A DNA stretch of 64,000 bases from Chrysomallon squamiferum (GCA_012295275.1 CM022672.1:806001-870000), one strand, 5' to 3'. Numbered from the stretch's first letter, positions 13,724 to 29,479 are shown. The notes: generated by a model from the sequence alone, not told the origin. Translations and numbers: made by a program.

Positions 13724-15021
13724 AATTCAGTAGAAAACGTTATGCGTACTATAGCATTAAAATTATTTTCTCATAGGTATATATAAATATCTTCTTTTTT
13801 TTTTATTTTTATTGATATTGTAGCTACTTTCGTTGGTTTTATTTATTTATTTATTTTTTTATTTATTATTTTATTATTTTTGTGGCGTTGTTATCGTCGT
13901 ATTTGTGGGGATTTGTTGTTTGTGTAATTACCAAAGTTTATAATTATACGTTTGTGAAAATAAACTGATCTAAATTATTATTTTTTTAATTAAATTATTT
14001 TAGTTGCCTTAAAATACAGTTAAAACATATTACGATACCTCGAAAAGGTATTAGAATGTTAAATATTTGTTTCTACGTACCTTCTGTTATTAAAATATTC
14101 AAAATCAATGTTCCTGTTAATAAATACGGATATTAATTGCTTATTTTTAAAAAAGCTGGGAACTATTGATTGAAGATGATGTCATTCACCGACCATACTT
14201 GCCCCCGGTCGAGTCAGGCAGCGAACAAATAAAATTATTTTTCTCTTATTAACGTGACTAATTAGTTAGTACGTTGACCTGCCTTGTAAAATATATTACA
14301 ATTTCAAAATCTGCTTGAAGTCAGCGATAATCTTTAAATAACTGTGTAATAAATTTAAATAATAAATAAAATAAAATAAAATGTTCCAAGTAAGCAGTCG
14401 GTTCAAACCAGTGTTGTATCGTCCGCTGTCAGTTCTCTAGTTAAACGCTTTAATCGTTTTAAATTTAGTTTTAAACTGCACCGAGTGACCTTCCAGCACA
14501 CCATAACAGCTTTAAAATTTTATATTTATAACCTGGTGTGCATTTTTAGCAGGTGACAATCAATTAAAAACTACAAAATATTTCATCTTAGCAACTCCAA
14601 GACAAATTCTTTAGTAACGGTATATTTATTTTACGGCTATAATCGGAACAGTTTTTTAATTTAGGTGTTATTATCAAGGAATTGGATCGTAAATTATCGA
14701 TCATTTTCAACGTAATATCAGTGAAATACATCGATACAAAACAATGTATAAACAGTTTAAATATTAATATTATCAGGTTTCACATTTTTGATTATTATCA
14801 TTATTTATTTACTAAAAGGAAAAAGAAAAGATACAAGCTGTTTACCCTTAAACATAATCGAATGATCTGCGGTCGAGAAAACGTCGAGGGGGAAATACTT
14901 TCCGTACAATAACAACAGTATCACCCAGAACGCTGGAACGACCAGTGTATTACGGAATGTGTGTAATATTTGTGTGTAGTGTTTAAAATGGCCCCTTGAT
15001 CTGGGCCATCTTGCTGTAACT

Positions 15022-15413
15022 ATGAAGGTGAGACAGTTGACTAAACGCTCAAAAGCTGTGATTTTTGCTCTTATTTTCACTGTTCCCGCGCTGACTCGAT
15101 TGCTTTGGAAGGGAACTGTCAAATCTGCTGCTAACGGTGGGATCGTGTCACCTGTTTCCGATGTACCCGACGGGCATCGCATTTTGATTAAAAGTGCCGA
15201 AAATGCATTTTCAACACACTGTAAGTGCTCTCAGTTTGCATCTTTATTTTTTTTATTTTTTTTTTATAGCAGTAATTGATGTTATTGTAGATGATGTGTC
15301 TGGAGTTATCCCATGCTGACTACACGTTTCAGTACAGCTAGAAATTGTGTACACTGTACAGTAAGATTAGTATCTGTTGTTGACAGTATTTCGATTCTTG
15401 GACACTGAAGTTA

Positions 15414-15467
<54 letters not shown>

Positions 15468-15633
15468 CATAACAGTAATACTACATCAGTGTTTTTATAA
15501 TTATCATATTAAAAATAATCAAATGAGGAATGATGATAATTATTAGTAGCAATACAACAATACTGTAGCTACTACTACTACTGAGAATAATACTAATAAA
15601 TAAATTAATTAACAAATAATATACATATATATA

Positions 15634-15679
<46 letters not shown>

Positions 15680-17430
15680 TATTTGCAATATTTAACAAAA
15701 TTTATGTATTCACAGATCCTCCATTATATATATAAAAAAACAAAAAATTGTTTTCACTAGAATAAATGTCAATTCAAGATGTCAGACATAAATATGTCAG
15801 ATAAAATAAATTTTTTAAAGAATTAAAAAAACAAAAACAACTAAAAAAAAAAAAAAAAAAAAAAAAAATAAAAAAAAAAAAAAAAAAGAATAATGAAACC
15901 TATAAAAACAACAAAAAAAGTAATAATAATAATAATAATAAAATAAATAAATAAAATAATTTAAAGCTGTCAGATTTAAAGTTAATCCAGGCTGTTCCTC
16001 AAATAATTCATATATTTATCAATTTGTTTTCAACACAAGCAAAAAAATTAAATAATATTATTCACTGTTATGAAAATTAAATATTTAATAAGAAATTTGT
16101 AATAACATTAACAGTTTAGTAATAAAAACAACCAAACCACTAGCAGCAGTATTAATAATATAATGATAAAAACCCCACAAAATGATAAAAACCAGTCAGT
16201 ACCAAACGGCAGCAGCAACAGCAACAATAATAACACTAATATTAATAACAGCAGCAACAAGAACAACAACAACAACAACAACAACAACAGTAATAAAAAT
16301 AATAACAGCAATAACAATAGCAACAGCAGCAAAAACAACTGTTTTAAAGAGTTTACAAGGATACCTGTCAGACATTGAGTATGTTTTATTGAAAGTGGTC
16401 ACAATTGTTCAAGGAATAAAACCTGCATGTAATACTGGTATCTTAGCAACAGTCGGTGACTGATGTAAAGACTGTTAAGAGTACTAATTAAAATGGCTTT
16501 CAGCAGGTTGTGTGAATGGTGTTACTAGACATGTCTGATATTCTGTAACAACACAGTACACTGTGGGTGTAAGCAGTCACAGCTTTTTCCCCATTCCAGC
16601 CAGCTCATGTGATGGTTGACTTTCCAGTGTATGTGGTACATGCCACTGAGTCTTAACCTAGGCAGTAGAATTCCTTCAAGGTGTATGGGGGTTGGGTTGG
16701 GTGTGTGTGTGTGTGTGTGTGTTTGGGTTTGGGTTTGGGTTTGTGCGTGTGTAAGTGAGTGTGTGTGTGTTGGTTTGGGGGTGTTTGGATTTGCATTTGG
16801 GTTTGGGTGTGTGTATCTTTGGGTTTGTATGTGTGTGTGTGTGTTTGGTGGTTTGTGTATAAGTATGTGTGTGTGTGTGTGTGTTTGAGTTTGGGGTGGA
16901 TGTGTGTGTGGGTTTCATGTGTGTCTGTGTATTTGGGTGTATGTGTGTGTTTGGGTTTGGGTGTGTGTGTGTGTGTTTGGGCTTGGGTATGTGTGTATAT
17001 GGGTTTGGGTGTATGTGTGTTTTTGTGTGTGTGTGTGTGTGTGTGTGTGCTATTAATTTATTAATGTTTATAATTTCACTAAACAGTTTATAGCTTTTCT
17101 GTGAAAACAGGTGATGAAAAAACAAACAGCTGAGAGTCAGTCACTGCACTTTGAGGTTCAGTTTAACTTTAATACATAGTTTGGTGTGTGGATGTATGTG
17201 TAAACGTTAAAAAAAAAAAATCTAATAAAGGAAGAAAGAAGAGACAGTATTTGTTAAACATTCATTTATTATATAGTTTTATTTTGACTATATGTATATA
17301 TATATGTATGTATGTTCTGTTTCTGACTCACACAAATACCCACAAGTTACCACAGCCTCTGTGAATAATACACATATACATAGCTAAGTAAGAGGCATGT
17401 GCATGTAATATGGATTTTTATATTTCTGCA

Positions 17431-17473
<43 letters not shown>

Positions 17474-20400
17474 TACATGCAAATACATACACACACAGAC
17501 ACCAAATATACATATGATTATACAGATACATTTGCATATATGCAGACACAAGTACATATATACAGATACACACATAAATGTGTACAAACATCCACACACA
17601 CACAAACACACACACACACACACACGCACTAAATACACTCTCCATTAAAGTGTACTGAATGTGAACCTTCATGAGATAATTTATGTGCATATCCCTCCCT
17701 CCCCTGAGATGTCCAGGAATTCAAATAGCTCTTAACATAACTACAACTGAACATAAATCCATTTCACTTGAGTAGACACTGAAAGTGAATCTATCTGAGT
17801 TGAGTATATTGCACTGAGTATCTTGATATAAATTTTCTATAATGTCATGTATATTCAAATACATGCTGAAGTTATTTTTCATTGTCAAGAGATGTTTTAG
17901 GCTCATTTTAAATGCAGTGTATAGCTGAATATAGTCATAACATGAATAGAAATCTGTTTGATTCATCGGCATCATTCAGAGTTTGTCTGCTTTCAGATGA
18001 TGGCTTATATAATAACACGATTATTAAATTATTAACAGCATTTTTTATTTTATTTTTTAATAATAATCTCTAGTTGATTTCTTTAACCATTTTGTTAATA
18101 TATCCTTGTTATAAATTATAGTTTTTCTCTATCATATTTTGTTTTTTTTCAATAATTTCTAGTTGATTTCTTTAACCATTTTGTTAATATATCCTTGTTA
18201 TAAATTATAGTTTTTCTTCAAAACCAAACATTTTCTCCATCATATTTGAAAAAAGGTTGGATCAAAGTTGGATCACTGTTTTTAAAATATACATCAGTGT
18301 GTTAATACAGGAGAAGACACACACTAAGAGTCCATGGTCTGCCAGGAGAAAATACTGAAACTAACAGAACAACATCCTGAGATACAAGGAAAAAGACATT
18401 TGATTTTGTCCAACAAGTTAAAGAACATGAGATAAATTAGATAAACTTTTAAAACTTTAGTGGAAATAGGAGTTAATTTAAAATATGTTGATGTGTTTGC
18501 TGGAGAGATTTGATCCTACAACATTTTATTTCAGCTGATTCTACTTGTTAAAGTGACTAACTCAGACTAACAGTTTATAAAAATAAAAATGATTTTAATT
18601 CTATCTTGTTACTATTACTATTATTATTATTATTATTATTATTTTAATTTTATTATTATTATTATTACTGTTATTATTATAATTGATGTTATTTGTGTTA
18701 TTGTGATATTAGTTATTCTATTACCGTTTGATGATTAACAGTTCTGATGTAGCAGCTGGAGTATCAGATTAAAACACGTATTTTGATATCTTCCATTAAA
18801 TCATTAATTTAATGACAACAGTAAGTTTACAGTCAACAAAAACATTAAAAGAACCAAAAAAAAATAAAAATAAATGTATACAGAAAAAGAAATGGTCAAA
18901 ACTAAAAGAAAAATTAGAAACAATTTTTTAAAGCTTGTAACAGTAATTAGCCAAGTGACTCTGTGTGCCTTTGACTGAATCTGGTCACTGTTCAGACACA
19001 TAATATCTGTGTGCCTTTGACTGAATCTGGTCACTGTTCAGACACATAATATCTGTGTTCATTTGACAAGAATTGTTCTATATTTCACTGTTATGTCCGG
19101 TGTCTTAATTTACTTTGTGAGTGAGTGTATATGAATATGTGTGTTAACACAACCTGACATCCATTGTCTCTCTCCCCCCCATGCACCCACCTCTTACTCA
19201 CACACACACATACACATACATTGACACATGAACACACACACATACACACACACTCCTACACTCTCACAGTTTCTATATATCACAGTTATCAGCAGTCTCA
19301 TAATTAATGCTATTTCTGTTGCACCCTTGAAATAAATAAATAAATACATTTATTGTTTTACATTCTTTTCCTTCATATATCATCATCATCTTCAGCATCA
19401 TTTATCTTTAAACAAAAAAAAAAAAAATTGAAATCCTATGTTAAAAAGAGGATTGTGTAAGAGTGATAACAAATACAAAAACTGACTGTTTCTTTAGTCA
19501 ACCAGAAATAACAGTTATATGCAGTTCATTTCACCAAAGCTGTGTCCACACAGTGCAATTTGTCAGAACAGCTGTGAGGAGTAAGAAGAGCTGTGTGATA
19601 TTATCAAAACTGATCTGAATTTCTCTGTCTGATGTGAGCTTTATATGATGCAAGTCAAATCAGAGATAAAATGATTTGCTGAGCGTTCTAATTAATTGCT
19701 ACAGATATTGTTGCTATTATTAGTCATTATTGTCAATATTGTTATTATTATTATTATGTTCATCATTATTATTGTTACTTTATTGTTCTTGTTACTATTA
19801 TCATCATCATCATCAATCATTATTATTATTTATTGTTGTTGTTGTTGTTGTTGTTATTATTATTATATTCATATTTTTAAACTAAATTTTTATTTCTATT
19901 ATTTTTGTTTCTTTTTCGCTTTTCTTTAAAGTGTTTGAAAGAGAAACAAAATTCAAAGATACAGTATGAGAATCCCTCCAGTCAGTAAGTGAATCTCTGA
20001 CAGTGACCTTGAACTACCACCAGTAGTGATTTGAATTGTTCTGACTTTTTCAACAATTTTCATTACACTACAGGTGTGTTTAGAAAGTAGGTAGAACAAG
20101 ACACACTGTGTGGATGCTGCTTTAGCATGACAAATCTAAGTGTCAGTTTGATGTCTTCTGGGAGAGTGGTCAGATATGTTAATAATAAAGACACCAGAGA
20201 CAGAAATAATTGAATTAACTTTCCTCCACATTGTCTCCTCACTTTCATGGCCAGCTGTCATTGTTAAACCAGCAGCTTTTATTTGTCAGGTCCTGGGATC
20301 AGATCCTGCAATGGGAGATTTCTGGAGCAGAGAAACATGACTATATCCAGACTTCTCCAAACTTGATACAACATTGACTGAAGTGTTGATTATACTCTCT

Positions 20401-23400
20401 GTGTTTAGTAACTGTACACCAAGCTGGGTTCGTGTGACAAGACATGTAAATTTGATCTGTCAGTTCTAACTGTAACAATGTGAGACCCTTGTTTCTTTTT
20501 GTTTTTGTTTTTTTTAAATGTTTTACTGTCATGGTAAAGGGATTATTTGATCAAAAGCCAGTTTGTTCAGTCATACAGAGGTAACTGGAAATATGCAAGA
20601 CTGCTACAACTTTACTTTTATATAGCTTGTTTATGAGAGGGGGAGAGTAAGAAAAAGAGATAGAGAGAGATAAAAAAAAAAAAAGAGAGAGAAAGAGAGG
20701 TGGAGGGAGAGGGAGAGAAGGGGAGAGAGGGAAAAAGTAAAAGAGACAAACTGACAGACACAAAGAACAAACAGACGGACCAAAAGACAAAGAACAGAAA
20801 GAGAGAGTATTATTTGACTGGAAATCTGGTTATTCAGTTGTAGACATTGTTAACTGAGTTTGTACAAGAGATACATGCTAACATCAGCATTTTCTGCGAT
20901 AATTACAGATCATGTATAAAACAGGATCAATCTAAATATAATGATTTGTGATTAAAATAATAATTTCACTAATGATAAATGTCAGGTATCAAATTAACTT
21001 GTATATTAGTTACCGAAAACACCTGTAGAGAAATTTTCATTGTAAAAAAGAAAAATTAGAAACTGAAACTGTTTTAATGTCTGATACACAGTGATGCAGA
21101 GAGTTAATAACATACAGTCAAAGAAAAAAGAAACCTGAAGCATCATGTGTTGCTCTTATTTTTTTATTTTTTTGTGCCTACCCATTGAATGGAAAATACA
21201 ATTGATAAACCAGTCATGGTTAGAATGGAATACAGCTGATTGTAGCATTAAGGAGAGTTGATCTAATAACCTGTGTTTTCTGAGGTCTGATTTTTTTTCT
21301 AAATTATAAAAGCCAGCTTTACTAGTGTTAGATTTAAACAACTGCATGACTACTGTATATAATAGGAACATAAATACAGCACACACAAAAGTATACACTG
21401 TCACACAGACACAAAGAGAGATATTCTTACAATGTTTATTTAATATTATCTAAGTGTTAATATATGTGTGTGGGTGTTTATAGATATATATATATATATA
21501 TATATATACTGCGAACAGTCTGTATCTAACATATCTGTATTATTGCAAATATCATATTACTCAAGTAATATTTACTTATATGTCCACTGTATTCACATTA
21601 AATCTATATATAGGATTTTGAATACCACATGTTGACAGAAAATTTGAAAAATTACATTTTGTATTTGAGTAAAACTATTGCGAAATCTTAGAATGAAAGC
21701 AATTATATTGAAATGAGATTAAATCTTGTAATACTAGAAACCTTTATTTTATTATTTTGAGCATTATTTGCAGTTGTCATGAAATATTATTTTGAACATA
21801 TCTGGGTATTATTTTCTGTTATAGGAACATGGTGTTTTGTTGAATGAATTGATTTCTGTGATAAGCTGTGTCAGCAATACGTGTCTGATTGTTATCAGTA
21901 CACACAACACATTCTCCAACACCTGTCTGCTGTGTTTTCATCCATTCTTCATTTGTTCTTCCCTACTTCATTCTGTTTCAAATTTTATTTTCTTAGATCA
22001 TTTCTTCATTTTTCTTTCATTTGTTTTTTCTTTCTTTTTCAGATTTCATTTACTTTCCTAAATTCATCCTTTTTTTTACTTTCATTTTGTTTTTCTTTTA
22101 ATTTTTTCCTTAATTCATTATTGCACATTTTTCATTTTAGCTTTATTTCTTTTCTTTCTGATATCTTATGTTTATAAATTAATTACACAGACTCTGTTAA
22201 AACATTCTACATAAAAAAAAAAAATCACATTGTACAGACTTTGATATTACTGAAAGGAAACATTGATAAGGATTGATCTTGTGACCAGTCACTCTTGAAT
22301 CCAGCACATTTTCACAGAAACAGTCACTTTTTTATACAACACTTTATTCACTTCCTTTTTGTAACTTTAAATAACTCAAGTTTATTTATTTATTTAAATT
22401 TTTTTGGTTGGTTGGTTTAAAAATTAATACATTCTTATATTTTATACAGTCATCTTTTAGTCATATGTTTAATGTGAATAAATTGCAAAATGTAATAAAT
22501 TAACAAATCTGAAAGCAAAAATGTGTAATATATTTGTTATAATACTTGTTGCAGTGTAATTAAATGCAGTATTGAAGTCATGTGGATTATTACAACATTA
22601 TCTCACACCTGGGGCAGTTTGATAATAATCTTCAAATTGTCTGCTGTAGACTTTCATTACAGTTATTACATTTTTTTACAAAAATTAATCTTTTTTTACT
22701 GAACAAAATATAACTGAAATATAAAAACCTTAATACTTCTTTCTCATTAGGTTTTTAACCCATATTACATTTTTCTCTCTCTCTCTCTCTCAATCAATTT
22801 TATTCTTTGATTTATTTCTCTTTTCTATTTCAGTTCTCTTGTGATTAAAATTTTTCTGTTCTAACACTGAATTAAAAATATAAATTATAATAGCAATGAA
22901 TGAAAAAAATAAAACTAAATAAATAATTAAAACTAAATAGTTTCCATTTTATACTAAACAAGCCAGTATATGCTGCTCTGTGTTCATATAAATTTGCAGT
23001 AAAACACTGGAGTAATATTCAAACTGTGTTTTCAACGTGGACTAATTAAATTGTTCTTATTGATTTATTTTCCAGAGCAAATATTTAATTGTTATTTACC
23101 TGTGTAGATTTACCTTTGCAATTAATTAGCCACCTGTTTTCCTATTTGTTATTATTTACATCTACAGTATCTTTTTCATTATAGATATGATTGTAGAAAG
23201 GTAAATATATTTTTATCTCAAACATCTCTCATTAACAAATGTTCATGTTGTTTTTTTATTTAGTTGATAAACTGAACTATTGTAATTGCTTTCACCAATA
23301 CACAGTGTGTTAGTGAGTCTGTTTATTCTCCACCAACATGTCTCTGTTTTCCAGGTTTTTTACAATTCAGAATTGGATAAAAATACCCTGGGCTAATATA

Positions 23401-26400
23401 TGATTTTCTTATTTTCGTTGTTGTTAACTATTTTTTTATAATATTTTATTATTTTTTTTATTAGTGGCTATTTTCTTAGTGACAGGATTAAAATAACAGT
23501 TTGTAACACAAATAACATTATTCTAGATAAGTAAAATATTTGTATGAAAATACACAAAAGGTTTTATTTGTAGTATGTAAACACACACCTATACTCACAC
23601 AGACATGCATGCAAATGTATATTTATGTATGTATGTGTGTATGTATGTATGAATGTACACTCAAATACAAACCTGTATTACATAACAGCGTATTTAATGC
23701 ACAAAAAGTTATTTTAATATTTAATCTTATCACAAACTGACAGCTGTTTGTAGCTTTACTGACAAACAAAACTTAAAATATTTATTTAAAAACTCGTTTT
23801 ACATTTGTTATTAAAGCTACTTTATCGGCTAATTAAATTATATTTATGAGAAATATGACAAACATGAAAACATCTTTTTTTTTCGGTCTAATATAAATTT
23901 AATAATCATTTATGGAAAACTAGTAAATATTACAGAATTAATTAAACATAAAAACTATTATTATTAATTAGTTGAAATTGCAGCTATAATATTTTTATTA
24001 CTGTAATAACAAAAACGTATATAAAAAACCCACCATTTCCATCTGAAAGGTTTTTTGCTGAATTCATGGATGATGATGATGATGTTGTTATTACTGTGCT
24101 GTGTGATGTTTATAAAAAAATATAATCTAGAGCTCTTCATCAAAGTATAATGGTACTTAATGTCACTGTGTGATGTACTCTCAATGGATAATGATAGGAT
24201 TGTGTTTTTGGTCTTAAACAAAAGAAACTTTTATTTTAGAACAATGTAAACAAGAAAAACCTACAAACTTAATATGAATATTAGATATAAATTACTTATT
24301 TTATGAAACAAAATAAAATAATTTAAAAAACAGTTTTATTTTATTTTGTAATGTAAATAATTAGTAAATATATTCAGGCATATATTAAAACTGTTATCAG
24401 TGAAACAAAATATAACTGTATTTTGTTGATAATAATTTTAATATTTTGTCTGAATGTAATTACAAATAATTTATATTACAAAATTAAAATAAAATCAGTT
24501 TTTACTTATATTTTATTCTTCATCAAAATATAATTATAAATTATTTGTATTACAAAATTAAAATAAAGATGTATTTTATTAACAACTTTAATTTTTGAAT
24601 TTAATTTCTAATTATATTTATTATCAAATAAAACTATTTGATAAATAATTTTAATCTTTGAATGTAATTACAAAAAAGAAATATACTATAAAATAAAATA
24701 AAAAAAGTATTTTATACTTAATATTTTAATCTTTCTTTGAATTAATTAAAATTATTTGTAGTACAGAACAAAATAAAGCTATATTTAATATATTTATATT
24801 ATGAAGTAAAGCTATATTTAATATATTTATATTATGAAGTAAAGCTGTATTTACTAGATTTATATTATGAAGTAAAGCTGTATTTACTAGATTTATATTA
24901 TGAAGTAAAGCTGTATTTTATAGATTTATATTATGGAGTAAAGCTGTATTTTATAGATTTATATTATGGAGTAAATCTGTTTTTTATAGATTTATATTAT
25001 GAAGTAAAGCTGTATTTAATATATTTATATTATGAAGTAAAGCTGTATTTACTAGATTTATATTATGAAGTAAAGCTGTATTTACTAGATTTATATTATG
25101 AAGTAAAGCTGTATTTTATAGATTTATATTATGGAGTAAAGCTGTATTTTATAGATTTATATTATGGAGTAAATCTGTTTTTTATAGATTTATATTATGA
25201 AGTAAAGCTGTATTTAATATATTTATATTATGAAGTAAAGCTGTATTTTATAGATTTATATTATGGAGTAAAGCTGTATTTTATAGATTTATATTATGAA
25301 GTAAAGCTGTATTTAATATATTTATATTATGAAGTAAAGCTGTATTTAATATATTTATATTATGGAGTAAAGATGTATTTAATATATTTATATTATGAAA
25401 TAAAGCTGTATTTAATATATTTATATTATGAAGCAAAGCTGTATTTAATATATTTATATTATGGAGTAAAGATGTATTTAATATATTTATATTATGAAGT
25501 AAAGCTGTATTTTACTAGATTTATATTATGGAGTAAAGCTGTATTTAATAGATTTATATTATGAAGTAACGCTGTATTTAATATATTTATATTATGGAGT
25601 AAAGCTGTATTTAATATATTTATATTGTGGAGTAAAGCTGTATTTAATATATTTATATTGTGAAGTAAAGCTGTATTTAATATATTTATATTGTGAAGTA
25701 AAGTTGTATTTAATATATTTATATTATGAAGTAACGCTGTATTTAATATATTTATATTATGAAGTAAAGCTGTATTTAATATATTTATATTATGAAGTAA
25801 AGCTGTATTTTATAGAAAATGTTTTGATGTTTTCAGTCTCATCTCGCCAGTTGCTGTCGAAACCAAACTGCACTCCACGAGCAGTCGAGCAGTTTCCACA
25901 GGACGTGTTCACCCAGACACAGCGTTCTCACGGTGCTATCATCATACACGTTGTTGTTGTGGTCTACATGTTCCTCGCTCTCGCCATTGTCTGTGACTCA
26001 TACTTTGTGCCTTCGCTGGAGATTCTCTGTGAATGTAAGTTTTTTTTTTATAACACAGCCAACTACAACAGCGTCAATGAACAGATAATATAATAACTGA
26101 CAGAAACAAGCCTGTTGTTTCACACTGTCACAGTAAGATAAATTTAATAAAAGAGTTTTATACTGTCCACTTCAAATGCGTTCAAACTAAAAATAAAAAA
26201 TTGATGAAATGTGACTGTTAACTGACTAATTATCAGTTTAATGTTTCACTGAATAAATGAATGAAACAAATTAACATGCTAGTCAGAGCTAGCTGTTTTG
26301 AAGCATGTCTATGATGGGCACGCCTTCTGACAGGTCAGCGGGCGTGTCCGTTGCAGAAAACAGTTTTGGGTAAGGAAAGAGAGTGGGTTCTCGATTGCAG

Positions 26401-26993
26401 GACACAAGGGAGTGTCCAGCATATTGGATCATAACAAGTCGGTTCCGATGTTTCGATGTTTCCAGCAAATGTTTCACTGCTAACAAACCAGTCACATACA
26501 GATCAAAACCAATCAATTACCAATTATCAGCTGATCAATCCAATCAATTACCAATCATCAGCTGATCAAACCAATCAGTTTTAACAGTCCACCTAATGGA
26601 CAATGATCTTCATCAATTATTCAGTTTAAAATATCCTGGTGGGTGAGACCCCCCCACACACCTCTATGCTTCTCTGCTCCTTCAGTAAACTGATTGTGAC
26701 TTTATCACCACACAGTGGTAACAGAACAATACAATTTCTTTTCCTGTGCTCAGCATTTTCAGCTCAGTGAATTGTAACATGGACGATTTTAATTATTATT
26801 GTTAGCCTGTCACATGCAGAAAAAAATACCACACTGATAAAAAAAGACTGCAACATGAATAAATATTACAACATTAAACAGATTTCATCAATATGCATTT
26901 TTCATTACTGTTTCATACTATCGATCACTGTCAGAACAGATTTTATATACATTCATATATTTATATATATATGTATGTATATATGTATGTATG

Positions 26994-27025
<32 letters not shown>

Positions 27026-27249
27026 TATATTCTCTTCTTTCATCTGTTGAATGAGTATCACATACAGATGTGACTGATACATTTTTCATTGCAACTCTTT
27101 TTTTTATATTAATGACATTTACATCACCTGTAACAAAATTGATTACCATATGAGTAGTTAGAGGAAATTTAAAAAAGTATTTTTTCCCTAAATGCATGTA
27201 CATATTTAAAACATTTTTAATTAGTAATTTAATATATATACATACATAC

Positions 27250-27281
<32 letters not shown>

Positions 27282-27874
27282 TATACACACATTAAATTAC
27301 TAATTAAATATATATATAGACCATTATAAAATAATAATAATAATAATGATAATAATAACTGATTTTCCCCCAGGCTATGCAAGGTACAAACATTCTGATG
27401 GATGTTTATAGAATCAGACCACTGAGGGTATCTGTACTAAGTTTGTCTTTCATCTGTGACATGTCTAATCAGTGTTTCTGATATATATATATATGTACGT
27501 ATTTTATTCATTTATTAATCCATTAATTCATTCATTTGTTTCACCATCATCTCATTTGTGCTGCTATTAGTGTATGAGAAGAGATAAAGTGTGTTTTGTG
27601 TTTAGACTTACATCTGGAGTCGGATGTCGCGGGTGCTACTTTCATGGCGGCTGGCAGCTCCGCCCCAGAACTTGCCACCTCAGTCATAGGAGTCTTCATA
27701 GCCAAGGTAAGAGCAGGGAACTGTGGGATATCACCCAGCCATCAGCTTGTATTTCACAACACTCTGATAAAAACACTCTTTTACCATCACTAATTCTTTT
27801 AATATGATCAGCGACCAGAAAATTCTTTTTTTTTTTTACTTTTTTTTTTAACAGACTTCTTATTTTTATTTATT

Positions 27875-27939
<65 letters not shown>

Positions 27940-28386
27940 AATTCTGAGTTGGTTGCTGGTGCAGAACAGTTTGTCATTATTCATTTTTCTTTCAGAATTG
28001 TTAAAATAAAACAGAAATTGAAAAAACACTAGAATTGTTTCTTTTTTTTTACCATTTTTTATTATTATTATTATTTTTTAAATATTAATAAATCCTTTTA
28101 AAGATATCTCACATTAAGCCTTACTTTATCAAATAAAACAGTATTCTTTGTCCAGGCTTATCTTTTCAGGTTTCATTTGTTAGAAAAAGGAAATATTGAT
28201 TTTAACATTTAATTATTAAAATTATAAAAAGAAGTTTCTAATCCAAATATTGACAGTCTGTCACTTACAATTGTTCTAGAAGTGAGCTGTGGATAAATAT
28301 TTATCATTTGTAGTTTCAAAATCACAGAACTAGAAAGTAAAGAAATTAAAAGCCTTGTGTTGTTATAACATGAATTTACAAGAATA

Positions 28387-28437
<51 letters not shown>

Positions 28438-28459
28438 CACACACACATATACACACAGA

Positions 28460-28544
<85 letters not shown>

Positions 28545-29241
28545 AAATAAATAAATAAAAAGACCAGAAAAAGTCCTTTAATACATAATTATATTAAAAT
28601 TCTGCCCATTGTTATAACAGTGACTTCTAAAATGGCTGGGTACTACAGTGTTGTATTTTGTTTCAGGATGATGTAGGACTGGGTACTATAATGATGTATC
28701 TTGTTTCAGGATGATGTAGAACTAAGTACTACAATGTTGTATCTTGTTTCAGGATGATATAGGACTAGGTACTACAATGTTGTATCCTGTTTCAGGATGA
28801 TCTAAAACTGGGTACTGTAATGTTGTATTTTGTTTCAGGATGATGTAGGACTGGGTACTATAATGATGTATCTTGTTTCAGGATGATGAAGGACTGGGTT
28901 CTGTAATGTTGTATCTTGTTCCATGATGATGTAGGACTGGGTACTATAATGTTGTATCTTGTTTTAGGATGATGTAGGACTGGGTACTATAATGTTGTAT
29001 CTTGTTTCAGGATGATGTAGGACTGGGTACTATAGTGGGGTCTGCTATCTACAATGTGATGTTTGTTATCAGTGTGTGTGGCCTGTTTGCTGGAACTGTG
29101 AGTATTTTTAACATTCCAAACTTTCTCTCCTTCATCTGTTTCTGTTTCTGGTAAAACTGTAATCTATGTAATTCTAAACATGTGTATCTACATGAACAAG
29201 AGACAGTGACCATCCCATATAAATATATTGATCACATTGAT

Positions 29242-29291
<50 letters not shown>

Positions 29292-29438
29292 CAAATAAAA
29301 AAAGTAAGATGATAAAATATGATAAAAGCTGTTTTTAAATAACACTTTTTATTTTTAATATTTTTTAACTATTTTAATACAGTTTATTGTATTTTCTTCT
29401 TATTATTTTTATTGCTATTATTATTACTATTGTTGTCG

Positions 29439-29479
<41 letters not shown>

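Noticed and set aside
14805-15182. 125-aa minus-strand ORF
   Set aside because: Antisense shadow of NCKX exon 1 and its 5' region, with no recognisable domain.
16683-17050. Telomere-like or G-quadruplex element (TTTGGG units)
   Set aside because: Irregular and embedded in (GT)n; best explained as microsatellite decay.
26304-26369. 66-nt cassette exon overlapping the GC-rich island
   Set aside because: It has a weak AAG acceptor and an in-frame TGA in phase 1.
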